A stretch of DNA of 64,000 bases from Nemertoderma westbladi (GCA_032718475.1 JAUCBJ010000576.1:1-64000), one strand, 5' to 3'. Numbered from the stretch's first letter, positions 32,805-44,536 are shown. Made by a program: numbers and translations. Notes: generated by a model not told the origin, from the letters alone.

Positions 32805-34692
32805 TATATGGAAGAGACGGTAACAATACCTGCAATATCCTACTGTAAAGTTTGTGAATCAAATCATAAAGCCGACCTTCTCACCAAAACAGTAAACTCT
32901 AAGTAAGCGAATATATTGCAGTATCGATCTCTTATAACCGGTGAGGCAGAAAACAGTCTACGAGCAGACAAACTTCGATAAAACAAAATCCCGCGCAGCG
33001 AATCCTAAAATCAGGCTGACTCACTGACGGACTAAGGGGCTCGTATACTTTGCCGCGGTGTGATTTATATGGTTGGGCGAAGAGACGCTAGCTAGGTACA
33101 GAGGCAGAAATTTGGAGATGTCTAACTAGCGGGCAAAGCACAGTAAGGACGAAAGTTAATTTTATATATTTTGAGGTGTAAATAATTTCTAACGCGCGTG
33201 TGTTAATTCTGAACGGTCAAAAGCAGTTTTGCTCCTTCACATATATAATTACTGGGTACGGTTTGCATTTTACGAATATTCTAATTTTGTAACTTGTAGG
33301 TCCAATACTCACGAATGATAAGGTTCCTTCCCCTCTTGCGTATTTCCAGGACTCAAATTCAGGCATAAGGTTAATGCTACGCCCAGAATTCGGCAATTTT
33401 AGGTACCAGGTCCCTGATACTAAGAAGAGATGTGTTAGTTTACTACAGTAGGCGTACAGTTACTAATAGCTATCCTGGCGTCCTATCTAGAATTTTAGTC
33501 ACCCAGGTAGTCCGGGTAACTTCCTATCAGGGCGTTGGCGGGGACACGGTAGATGTTAGTATATCCCTAATAGCCTCAATTTATTTGCGCCTAGTTGTAA
33601 ACTGCCCTACCGCCTGAACGGTACAATCCCAATTCAGGTGAAAACACAACAACCTTCCTAGCCTACAAGTTCTAATGCAATGGACACCGTTGTACGGTAA
33701 ATAGTCACAGACGCACCTGTACTTAGCAAGAGTTAAGCGTACAGTTTGCTGCACCCTAACCATTTGTATGCCTTGTACCGGTGTGCCCACGTCCTATTTG
33801 CGTACTAGTATCTCTGCTCTCTCCCTCCCCCCGTAGGAATATGAAGGTCTACTGTGGTTTTTTCCTGAATCAAGACAGTACAGTCCCTAAGATGTAATTT
33901 TAGGCTCACAGCGTGTCACTACTTCTACCTTTTGATCTTTGGTCTTACGCTTAGGTAGCGAGGTGTCGAACGCTGTCTAACCTTTCAGGCGATGGGCGAA
34001 TAACTCAAGATGGTATTGCGGGTTGTCTCTTGTCTACATTCCCCCGATGTTCCTGTTCATTGCTGCGGCCCGATCTCTAGCCGGCCATCCTGTCCTTAAC
34101 TTTGTTCACCGTAGTGAATCATGGTAAAACAGATAAAAAGGCGGATTAGCGATAATTCTGACTTTATTACAGAAGATTATAATAATATGTACAATGTAAT
34201 CTGAAATAAACTAAGCACGACAGAATTGAAGTGATGTGTGTGAGAATATTGATAACTAATGAACAAATCGCACCTTTATATAGCAAATTTGTGCTGCAAT
34301 CAATCGAGAAAATTCTCGATTGTTCTATAGGTTCTAACAGGTTTTTAAAGATAGCTATTGGTCCAGCTAATATATAACTTGCACGACATTGGTTACAATC
34401 AAATAACTACAGTCTCATTGGTACAGACAAATGCAATTAATTTGTAGCGGTCAATTTAAATGAGTTGAAATTCTGTACAAAAAATAATTCGCACTTACTA
34501 GGATTCGAACTCAATACCTACTACACATATAATTTCCAACGCTCTACCGACTGAGCTACTGAACCACTTGACCAATAGGCGTACGATAGATATAACAAAT
34601 ACAAATGAGGACTCAAAGCAATCTTTTACAAAGTTAATTCGAATAAAATAAAATTTTGAAAATCCACGGCATTTAGGGAATATAATTCTATA
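32805..34692 (-). repeat. BEL-2 5' LTR
   Basis: Direct repeat of 17223-19110; minus-strand TATATAAA near 34282-34275; AATAAA near 34168-34163 and 33585-33580. Confidence 0.95.
34479..34565 (-). ncRNA. tRNA-derived Pol III-type unit, 5' LTR copy
   Basis: Same A box, B box and T6 arrangement as 18897-18983. Confidence 0.6.
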
Positions 34693-34958
34693 TTACCAAT
34701 TAGTTTAAGATACTTTTCAACACTGTTTACCTATAATTAACATAATTTATGCAATTATATTATTGAGAATATACCATATACATTTACCGTTTAATATTTT
34801 AATAATATACTGTATTAATAGTTGTATTGAGTTATATTAGTTATATTAGTTATCTTAGTTGTATTGATCCAGTAACTCCCGTAGCGATGCGCATTGCGTT
34901 CTGTCGGTTTTGGAGTCTCCAATTATTATTCCATGTTTTTCAACGCAGTAACAGCTAA

Positions 34959-37927
34959 CTAACGATGTTGGTCTGGGTGCTCAAAGAGGCCGCCTGGAGA
35001 AGGTCCCGCCGTCGCTAGGATGGAAGCGGCATTACCCACGAGAATGGCTATACCAATTCGCTGTAGAAGGAACCGGTGAGAGCGGGGTTCATGGGTAACT
35101 ATCTGCAGACGGGAACCAATCTCATGGAGGAAGTTGGAGGTCTCCGGGCCGGGGCGACCCAAGGTTTCAAAGGCCACGGGATGGAAGATGTGGCCTCGCT
35201 CCATCACCTCGTTGTAGGTGGCATTTTTGCCACGTTCTGCTCCCTCCACGGTGCGCCCTCCGGCAATTAGCGTCTGGTGCACATGGCTTGGTGCCAGCGG
35301 ATCGACCACTGTGGCATCCCAGGTGATGGTTCGGCCCTGGGACCATGGAACCAGGGTGACTCCATCTACCCTCTTCCCATCATTCCTGCAGAGGCCTGGG
35401 GGCTCCAGGATGGAAGGGACCCCACAGCTGACCAGCGCCCGCCTCACAATGTCATTCAACATCGCATGGCGGGCATGACGGCCAGCACTCCTCCGACAGG
35501 AAAGGCCGTGGAGGCCATTCGCAGCCACTGGAGTTCCACATCGATCGCATGTGTGGGGTTCCACTACTTTACATCCAAGGCGAGTGGCAATGGCGATTCG
35601 AAACTGCGAATTCGAAAGCTTCAGTCCTAATGAGGCGCTAGGAAGTGCATCGATCCAGCAGCCCGCAGTAGGGTCAGCGAGGGAGTTCAAACGGGCGAGA
35701 TCAAGGGGTGTAGCCACGAGGCGTAAGGTGGCGAGATTCTCCTCGTGAACTGGGAGCATCCAGGCTCTCTGACTCGATACAGCGGGAGGTGGTGCTGAAT
35801 CTCGCGGTAGGGATGCACTTCGGGTAGCATGGGCCGACTCCATGTATGGTCCAGGAGACCCCTCGGACTGGTGTAGACGGTTGGAGAGCTCGGTACAGGC
35901 AGCCGCTGAAGCCAAAAAGGCAGAGGGTGCGAGCTGCACCGCCGAGCTCAATCCTAGTCCACCCAATCGTGCTGGGAGGCAGGCCTGGGCCCAGGCTTGA
36001 TCGCCAATGTCGGTATTGGCGACCTCTTGGAGGGCACTTCGGAGGATTCGGTCGTAGTCCCTGAGAAGTGCTGGGAACTGGAAGCAGGGAGCCGTCCTGA
36101 GGAAGTACGTAAGCCGTGGCATGGCGAACGAGTTCCTCAGGAGGAAGAAACCGTGGTGGGCCTCCAGCAGTGGAAGACGGCTGACAAGCGTGGAGAGGTC
36201 CCCCACCTTTCTTGTCAGACAGGAGGTGATGGCAGTTTCACCAATCGGAGACCCCAGCATTGTTAACTGGTCCAGTGGAGGGTACTGGATACCCGGGCAA
36301 ATGGCATCAAATGCTGATCGTATTTGGGCCTGGGACTCCTCTGACTCAGTACCCAGGAAGAACACCTCACTCTTCTTTGGGTTGATAGATAGCCCATATC
36401 CCTTCCCTTCGTTAATAACCTTCTCCAGGTCCTGTAGGACAGTGCGATAGTCATCAGCAATGTTCCCATCATCCAGGTACCAGACATTGAAGCGAGATTC
36501 CAGCCCCTGGATGATTGGATTCGCAGTATCCCCGAAGAGGCGAGGTCCATCAGTATCCCCCTGTTGTATTCCCTCGTCGGAGAGGATGGTGTCATTACCA
36601 TGGAGAAGGAAGGTTGCCGCTCCATACGCCGCGAGGGTGTAGTTATAGATGAGGGATACTGGGAATGTATGCTCTCCAGCATGGTGTCTCGTCTAATGGA
36701 ATTAAACGCGTTGCTGAAATCAACTTTAAGTAACACCGTCCCCGGATGGTTCTCACCACACACAAGTGCCCTTGTAGCATGGACTGCCACCTCAGCGCCA
36801 AGCTTGCAACCAATTCCTAGCTGCACTGCCCCATATGACTGGGTCCGTTGGTCCGCCACTATGTAACCGACGAACTTTCCACATAGCCGTCGTAAGGTGA
36901 CCCCAACAGCAATAGGGCGGATTCCACCACCTCTCTTTGTGAAGGCAAAAAGATTAGCCCCAAAGAAAAGTGGGCGGACAGGAACTGGTATCTCGCCTGC
37001 AACAGTGCTGTCAACAAAACATGCAAGGGATGTGAGTAGGCGCTCACCTGCTTCACCATTGGTAGGTGAAACTAAATCCTTCAGAAGCTGGGGACGCAGC
37101 CCATCTGGCCCACCTGCACTTCCACTGGGGAATGAAGCGATTAACTGCCGAAGAATGGTGGGAGAGCAGGGTCGAGCGGCTTGAGTAACTGGTGGGGGTG
37201 GTTCTCTCCTATCAAGGGGTCGGGGTGGGTGTTTCTCCTGTAGACCTAAACGTGTCTCTGGTGTATCTGGGGCGATAGTATCCCTTGAGGATGCCAACCT
37301 GATGGCTCCCTTAATGTCCCCATCCTCTATCTTCTCGGCAACCGCTGTGGCTAGGCGAATGGAGTCCCCTTGGATCTTTTGTGAAACTGATCTCGGGGGA
37401 ACAGACCGTGGCGGAGGGAGACACAGGCCCCCTTGAGTCATAGCTCGGAAGTCCGCAATCTTCTGGTTGACATGAGTGGCAAGGGATCGATGGTGCTTCC
37501 TTCCACCTCGTCTAGGGGCCGGGATACAGCAGTGTCCAACCATGAGTAACCGGACCCAAGCCTGTATGTTCAATGGGTCTTCCGCTACCGTAGTTAAGAT
37601 TTCACCCAATAGGTCCGCTAAGCTGGTCCTCGATGCCTTAGGGACATGTCTCAACTGGCGACATCGCCATCCCTGTAACTGATTAAGAATATCCCTGTCT
37701 GATGGCTCCACTGTCTCACCAGATGATTGGCTTCCCAAATGGGTTTGGGGACCAGTTGTCATTCCTGCAGGGTGATCTGACCCTGGGCAACGTTGGGAGA
37801 CTGGTCCGTGAATGCGTAGAGTACCATTTGCTTTGATGGCCACTAACCGCGCGCACGATGGACAATGGGTACTGAGGGCGCTGGTGCGTACCGTTGGGCC
37901 GACATTAATATTGGTGGGAGCTGACAA
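34959..37927 (-). pseudogene. CRE-clade non-LTR retrotransposon ORF: zinc finger, RT and restriction-like endonuclease; one frameshift near 36650
   Basis: CPSC...H finger, GGIRPIAVG, KVDFSNAFNS, GIQQGD and WYLDD (~36468-36482) in the shifted frame, CDRC...HGLSC, RHAMLND, RVDG...WDATV, PVAFETLG. Confidence 0.9.
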
Positions 37928-39954
37928 ACCGATGTCCAGACTAGAAGGGGCGGAACAACCGACACCCAGAGGGTTGGGGATGGAATGATCGACACCCAGG
38001 CTGGTAGAGGCGGAATGACTGACACCCGCACTGGTAGGGAGGGAGTGACCAACACCCAGACTGTGAGGGGCTGACTGACCGACACCTGGACTGGTTGGGG
38101 CGGAATGACCGACACCTGGACTGATAGGGATGGAAAGACCGACACCTGGACTGGTAGGGACGGAATGACCGACATACTGACTGACACCCGGACTGGTAGG
38201 GACGGAGTGACCAACACCTGGGCTGGTTCGGACGGAATAACCGACACCCGGACTGGTAGGGACAGAAAGATTGACAACCGGACTGATAGGGATGACTGGG
38301 ACCGACTGAGCGAGATCTGGACTGGTAGGGATGGCATAACTGACACCCGGACTGGTAGGGACGGAATAACCGACACCCGGACTGGTAGGGGCAGAAAGAC
38401 TGACAACCGGACTGATAGGGATGACTGGGACCGACTGAGCGAGGTCTGGACTGGTAGGGACGGCATAACCGACACCCGGACTGGTAGGGACGGAATAACC
38501 GACACCCGGACTGGTAGGGGCAGTAAGACCGACAACCGGACTGATAAGGACGACTGACCGACACCTGGACTGGTAGGGACGGAATAACCGATACCCAGAC
38601 TGGTAGGGGCAGACTGACCGACATACTGACTTATACCTGGACTGGTTGGGACTGAATAACCGACACCCGGACTGGTAGGGGCAGAAAGACCAACAACCTG
38701 ACTGATAGGGACAGACTGACCGACACCTGGACTGGTTGGGACGGAATAACCGACACCCGGACTGGTAGGGGCAGAATAACCGACACCCGGACTGGTAGGG
38801 GCAGAATGACCGACACCCGGACTGGTAGGGACGGGATAATCGACACCCGGACTGGTAGCGACAGGATAATCAACACCCAGACTGGTTGGGACAGAATAAC
38901 CGACACCCGGACTGGTTGGGACAGAATGACCGACACCCGGACTGTTAGGGACGGGATAATCGACACCCGGACTGGTTGGGACAGAATGACCGACACCCAG
39001 AATGGTAGGGACGGGATAATCGACACCCGGACTGGTTGGGACAGAATGACCGACACCCGGACTGGTAGGGACGGGATAATCGACACCCGGACTGGTAGCG
39101 ACAGGATAATCAACACCCGGACTGGTCGGGACAGAATGACCGACACCCGGACTGATAGGGACCGACTGACCAACACCTGGACTGGTTGGGACGGAATAAC
39201 CGATATCTGGACTGGTAGGGGCAGAAAGACCAACAACCTGACTGATAGGGACCGACTGACCGAAACCTGGACGGGTTGGGACGGAATAACCGACACCCGG
39301 ACTGGTAGGGGCAGAATGACCGACACCCGGACTGGTAGGGGCAGAATGACCGACACCCGGACTGGTAGGGGCAGAATGACTGACTCCTGGACTGGTAGGG
39401 GCAGAATGACCGACACCCGGACTGGTAGGGGCAGAATGACCGACACCCGGTCTGGTAGGGACGGGATAATCGACACCCATACTGGTTGGGACGGAATAAC
39501 CGACACCTGGAACTGGGGGACCCGACTGGTAAGACACCAACACTGGGGGACCCAATGAGGGGGCCGGGGATACAGCACCAATTTGCGGGGTAAACGTGCA
39601 GTCCGGGTCGAATTCTCCTTGGGTTAGAGTCTGGTCCATCAGGTCGTCGAGCTCCTCCAGGGTTGAGTTTATAACTTCCGGGGTTACATAGCCGTTATGC
39701 GCAAGGTCCGCTGTGGCTTGACGCGTTTTCCATCTGGGCGAGTTGGATACCAGATAGTCGAGAACCCCGTGGCCTGCGGAACCGCTGTACCTCAGGGGCA
39801 TCGCGAGACTATCTGGATCGGGTGAGCTCGGCCCGTTCACGCACGAGTTCTGCTCCAGAGGTTTGCAGGAGGAACAGGGAACTCCCGCACAAGCACACTT
39901 GCACCCTCGGCAAGAGCCGCTGCGACACTTGCAGCAGCGCTGGGATGGCGCCAT
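37843..39954 (-). CDS. Upstream ORF or N-terminal extension of the CRE-like LINE: Cys-rich CXC-like head plus minisatellite-encoded PTSPGVGxSx repeats
   Basis: MAPSQRCCKCRSGSCRGCKCACAGVPCSSC; overlaps the RT ORF start; frame slips inside the repeat. Confidence 0.6.
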   Translation of the reverse strand: MAPSQRCCKCRSGSCRGCKCACAGVPCSSCKPLEQNSCVNGPSSPDPDSLAMPLRYSGSAGHGVLDYLVSNSPRWKTRQATADLAHNGYVTPEVINSTLEELDDLMDQTLTQGEFDPDCTFTPQIGAVSPAPSLGPPVLVSYQSGPPVPGVGYSVPTSMGVDYPVPTRPGVGHSAPTSPGVGHSAPTSPGVSHSAPTSPGVGHSAPTSPGVGHSAPTSPGVGYSVPTRPGFGQSVPISQVVGLSAPTSPDIGYSVPTSPGVGQSVPISPGVGHSVPTSPGVDYPVATSPGVDYPVPTSPGVGHSVPTSPGVDYPVPTILGVGHSVPTSPGVDYPVPNSPGVGHSVPTSPGVGYSVPTSLGVDYPVATSPGVDYPVPTSPGVGHSAPTSPGVGYSAPTSPGVGYSVPTSPGVGQSVPISQVVGLSAPTSPGVGYSVPTSPGISQYVGQSAPTSLGIGYSVPTSPGVGQSSLSVRLSVLLPLPVRVSVIPSLPVRVSVMPSLPVQTSLSRSQSSLSVRLSVFLPLPVRVSVIPSLPVRVSVMPSLPVQISLSRSQSSLSVRLSIFLSLPVRVSVIPSEPAQVLVTPSLPVRVSVSMSVIPSLPVQVSVFPSLSVQVSVIPPQPVQVSVSQPLTVWVLVTPSLPVRVSVIPPLPAWVSIIPSPTLWVSVVPPLLVWTSVCQLPPILMSAQRYAPAPSVPIVHRARG
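37925..39530. repeat. 30-bp minisatellite, roughly 50 units
   Basis: Unit gacacccggactggtagggacggaataacc with variants and higher-order duplications. Confidence 0.95.
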
Positions 39955-40033
39955 GTAGGGGAATCCGCTCGAAAATCCGGCGATAGATCGTTCACGTTGC
40001 GATGTAGCAGCCTATCAGTATATTGCACCGTGG

Positions 40034-40053
40034 TGACGTCAGCCGTGACGTCA
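40034..40053. promoter_or_regulatory. Two perfect TGACGTCA (CREB/ATF) palindromes ~80-100 bp upstream of the LINE start codon
   Basis: TGACGTCA at 40034-40041 and 40046-40053. Confidence 0.45.
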
Positions 40054-40699
40054 ACAGTCAGTACACCAGTATTCTTATACAGTACTACACTTATATAATA
40101 TAATATAATATAATATGTACACTTTCAACACTTGTAAACAAGTATAGAAATAAAATTTTCTTCGACCGTTAGAGCTAACATTTAAGGATGCAAGGCATAG
40201 ATGCCCCCTGGTTAGCCCCTTCAAACCATTCGTGCCGAATCGAAGACTGTCTTGGCCCACATGCAGGGATCGCACCCACGACCTCCAGATAGATTGGAAA
40301 TCAATGCAACCAGTACACCAAGGTGGAACCTAACTAACCTATGTATCGAGGGAAAATTCACAGCCACCCTGTTTATTACAGTGAATTCAGTCTTGATGAG
40401 TATATGTAACACATGTCCAAAACAATTTCACCTGGTAATCAAACTAAAATGGTCCCACCATCTGTTACACCACCTACTGTAGTATTCATATACAATTCAC
40501 AATAACCCTAGCTTCATTTACGTTAAACCATTTGTCGTTCTGAAGATTTTTTTATGAAATGCATCATTAGTCAATTAGTCATGGGTCAATTACTGTATTT
40601 CACTAATTATAGAAAATTCCGGTTCCGGAATATTCCGGCATGTTGAATTCCGGTTCCGGTTCCGGCCGGAATCAAAATATCGATTCCGGGACATCCCTA

Positions 40700-41187
40700 G
40701 TTACGAGTTCGTCGCCGCCAATCCTGAGTTGTTACAAACTTCGGATCGAGTTGCGTAGCTCCGTCACACTGCGTGTCTTGCAGAAGAGACAGTCAAGCCG
40801 CTAAAGTATGTTTCGGATAGAGGTGGTGTTACAACTTCATCACAAACCCTTAAAGGACCGGTCACTGCTGCCATTCTTAAGAAAGCGGTGCAATCCACCT
40901 TAAACCCTTCCTCCAGATCTTCACCAGCCAAAGTACTTCGAAAGGGTGTGAAGATATTACGTCACTCCGTTCTGGCGGCAACTACAGTTATCGAACCCCA
41001 ACCGGGAACATCCACTGGTGGACCAACTGTGCGTACAGTCGCGCCCTCTCCAGACTCTTTTGAAATTCATCCTTCCGCCGCTGAGGGGCTGCAGGTGCGA
41101 GGTTCCCCGCCTTCGTCGCCAAACAACGGTTCACCCCCTATGAAACGTCGTAAGCGACATTCCAAGAAGAAAAAGTCCCGAAAATAA
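40700..41187 (+). pseudogene. Accessory exonuclease ORF copy A, 3' part, resuming after the hAT insertion
   Basis: Joining 17003-17025 to 40708 gives QDSNYGYEFVAANPELLQ, matching QDPEYGDLFINSHPELQ in 57046-58518; KGPVTAAILKKA vs QGPVRAAVLKRA; basic tail KRRKRHSKKKKSRK. Confidence 0.85.
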
Positions 41188-42371
41188 ACATTAATTTTCC
41201 GGCTACTTTATATTACCTCTATTTTACTTTATGTGACTCATATCTTTACTTTATGTTATATGTAAAATAAGTAAACGGTGTCCCTAATAATCCATTTAGC
41301 TTATTTTGTTCACAAACTGAAACATTTATACATGCTTTGAATGCTTTCTAGCACTATAGTTCGCTTATTCAGAAGTGATGGACATTCATTGATCTTTTGA
41401 TTATTTTGTTCACGAGTTGAGACGTTTTTTATATTTCGGTTACGTATTCCCTGTATAATTCTAGTTTGATATTGATAACTGAATTATTTACTTACTAGAT
41501 CTCCTTCTATGTACGTTCTATGCTCGTTGGTCGACCATTTATTCACTTAGTACATCAGCATTCTGCAGAGGAGTTACTTCCTATGCAGGCCTTTGGATAC
41601 TAGTCAGATTACTGACGACCAGTGTTTATTACATGCCTTTATGTATGTGCCTTTATGCTTTGTATCTTTGTCGTTATCATTATAATATTATTAATTGATA
41701 TTCTGTCGTTAAACTCAATTTACTCTCTTTGTTTGTTTAATATATCGCCGATATTACGAGATCAAGAAGGTTTTACACACGCCATAATAAGGTGGGTCTC
41801 TACAATTAAGTATTAGTGATAATCCAGACAATTGTATTAGATTCGTGTGTTGTCTTACCTCTGATTTACTAAATAATTAATATATGGCGATATACCAGAT
41901 CATTATTATAAGCAAAGCCCTTATTATTAATTGTATCACGATTGAGAGTTGTCATAAATTGATTGCGGTAGAAATATTAATAATTATTCATAAAGACAAG
42001 TCAAAATACGTTTCCTCTAAAGGGAAACACAAACACTGGACTTGAGTCCTTACAGAATTAATTAGTCAGTCATTTGCTTGTTATACTGTGTTGACACACC
42101 CTCCCGGTATCGTATCTCAGTTAAATACAATAGATAATCAAATACCGTATCGAACCAAATAAGTTATAGAGCAAATCAATACTATGAGTAGGAAAGGAAG
42201 GGGAATTAATCGATACAGTGAGCGGTCCTCGGTGACAGGTACACTAGCGCAATTCCGTTTATTGTATGAGACCAATATCTAAAGGCCCTCAGTGCATAGA
42301 ATCTCTGCGTAGTACTATAAGAATCAAAATATATGACATTGAGATTAAACAACATATTTATTTACTAAAAG

Positions 42372-42593
42372 CGCTAACAACGGCTCCTCAGCTCATTAGA
42401 ACAAGCTGCTTCTAGTGTTGACAAAAAGACCAAAATTTTGGCAGTTAACTTAGAAAGTCCTCAGCAAGTCTCTGACCGGATGGGCATAAACTCAAAGGAT
42501 GGTATGCTTGAGCATGAGGACGACTTCTGTTACCTGGGATCAAGGCATGGATCCGTAAGTCAGGTGAGGACCTTCGAATACGCAAAGGAAAGG
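42372..42593 (+). mobile_element. RTE LINE internal fragment cut by the BEL-3 LTR
   Basis: Matches ~61680-61903 (VNLESPQQVSDRM...DDFCYLGS). Confidence 0.85.
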
Positions 42594-42809
42594 TGTAAAA
42601 ACCGCCGAAATAGGTTCTAAAATAAATTTGATAGCATTTATTTACTGATTAGAGTTGACCGTGAAATGTGCTTTTATTATCTTTTGGTAAAGATTAAACT
42701 CATTGTATATTTCTTGTTTTAATATCGATACTTTTATAGTAATTATTTAATCACACATACTTATATAATCGTTAATATCACCTGCCGAACCATTTTATTT
42801 TGTTTCTCA
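42594..42809 (-). repeat. BEL-3 3' LTR (216 bp, TG...CA) with PPT at 42810-42821
   Basis: Minus strand GGGGGAGGGGAA|TGAGAAAC...GTTTTTACA; repeated with deletions at 54200-54274. Confidence 0.85.
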
Positions 42810-42850
42810 TTCCCCTCCCCCGGAGCGATTATATGTTTAAAGCTACTACG

Positions 42851-44510
42851 ATACAGGCTCACCGGTTCTAGAGGCCGCTGTTCCACGTGGCAAGGAACAG
42901 ATAACAGATAGAACTCTGTCCGAAGTAGTGCAGATAATATTGACTCCTTCCCATCTCCTCTCCGCAATTTCCGTCTACTCGCGACTTGTCATCTCTTCGG
43001 GATAAGTATTTCGTAAGAATATGAAAACTTTAGGGATAAACTTATTGCAATATTCTTCTCTCATTCAATTAATACATAATAGTAAAAATAAATTCAATTA
43101 ATATATTTAATTCACAAGTAATAAACAATTTATTTTGTTTTTTAAAAGCTGGCCTCACCCGGTCACCTAACAACTCGTGTGGGCAATAAATTTAATAACT
43201 AATTCCGTTCTCTGTAAAACTAACAATAGCCCAAAATCATAAAGAGTATACTAATAGTGAGTGATAATTGCACAGCACATAGGGCGATTAATACTGACCA
43301 TTGGTTGGGCCGTATGGAGAAGAGCCTTTAACAAGAAAGACGCTATTAATAAAATAATATTGGAATCCAGGGTATATGTTTTTGCCGAAGTTAAACCAAT
43401 ATTATGTATGCCCTTAGTAGCTCGATTAGTACAGGGCCCTGGCAATAAAATGGGGCAAGCCACGTAATAAGGTAATAAATGAATAATGAGTGGGGCGAGC
43501 CACAAAGTTAGTTAAGTGGACAATATATGAAGCACAAATATGAATACAATTATTTTCGGGCAGGGATTTTTACACTCCCCCACTATTAATTGGTGAATTA
43601 ATAGTAACTGCTAATAGAAAAAACTGCGCGGAAATAATAAATATTAGTATTGTACTAATTAGCAAGTATGAGACAAAATACTGAAGATATATCGAAATGA
43701 CAATTGTAATTTTACTTGCATAGCAATAAATGTTCTAACAACTAGTTATTTATAAAACTGCACGTCACTTTCATGTGCGAAATATCTACTGTACATAATA
43801 ATAATGTCATGTTGTTAGAAGCCTCTGTAAGAATGATATATTGATTCCCGCTCCCGGAAAGTTCCAATTTCGATTGTTGTGGAGAATTTGAGATAGTTAC
43901 CACAACTGACGAGCTCTCCCCCTGTAAATAGAGTTTTCGTTATTGGATCCATATATGAACAGAGTTGGAGATTTCCATGTGGAAATTTCAGTAATCAGAT
44001 TTCATAACTGTAAAGGAAATAAGCATTAAGGATCAGGGAGATCATCGCTAAAATCAAACAAGACTCCGGACCTAATCCTATTGTTATCTGTTTCCAATTT
44101 TATGAATATATTCTTGACTATTTAGTATACAGTATATGGCGCTGTATCATAATAGTGTTACTCATATAATCGCCATAAAGTTGATCAATATCCAATTTTA
44201 CAAATATTCGTATTAAATTAATCGTTCATCCTATTCATATAATTAGTGGAATATTAATTAATTATTTACACTTATATATTGATACGAATTGTTATAGATA
44301 AACATGACATATGTACCAACAGTATTACAAGTTTTAAGTTTCCACGGAAAGGCGAGTTTCTTCAAGAAGGCAAAGGCGTTGTATAGGTCTGAGAAGTTCT
44401 TGCCCGGTTATAATTCGAATTGTTGCTGTTCGAACTATACCACTACGGTCAGCATTCGTTCTTAACACAATACCAGTGACCCAAAGTCGACGGGGTATGT
44501 TTCCACCATG
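42851..44510 (-). repeat. BEL-3 3' UTR and integrase end, duplicated at 46704-48344
   Basis: Near-identical ~1.65-kb direct repeat with a few small indels. Confidence 0.92.
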
Positions 44511-44536
44511 GAGATGGATATCCGGTATGGATAGGG

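Larger units (their letters stand above)
17223..34692 (-). mobile_element. BEL/Pao element 2, full length (17.5 kb), recent insertion
   Basis: Two 1888-bp LTRs; 5-bp TSD ttacc at 17218-17222 and 34693-34697; gag-pol plus an extra downstream ORF. Confidence 0.95.
17026..40699. mobile_element. Non-autonomous hAT-type element whose ends are separated to 23.7 kb by nested insertions
   Basis: 17-bp TIR TAGGGATGTCCCGGAAT at both ends; 8-bp TSD gttacgag at 17018-17025 and 40700-40707; clusters of subterminal TTCCGG motifs at both ends. Confidence 0.9.

Noticed and set aside
37941-39581. Several long overlapping ORFs on both strands (TDTRTGRD, PYQSGCR, VSVIPS repeats)
   Set aside because: By-products of a nearly stop-free 30-bp minisatellite
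43251-43505. Small ORFs repeated at 47082-47339 (and LTR ORFs 17850/33432)
   Set aside because: They recur only because the DNA is duplicated; no recognisable domains
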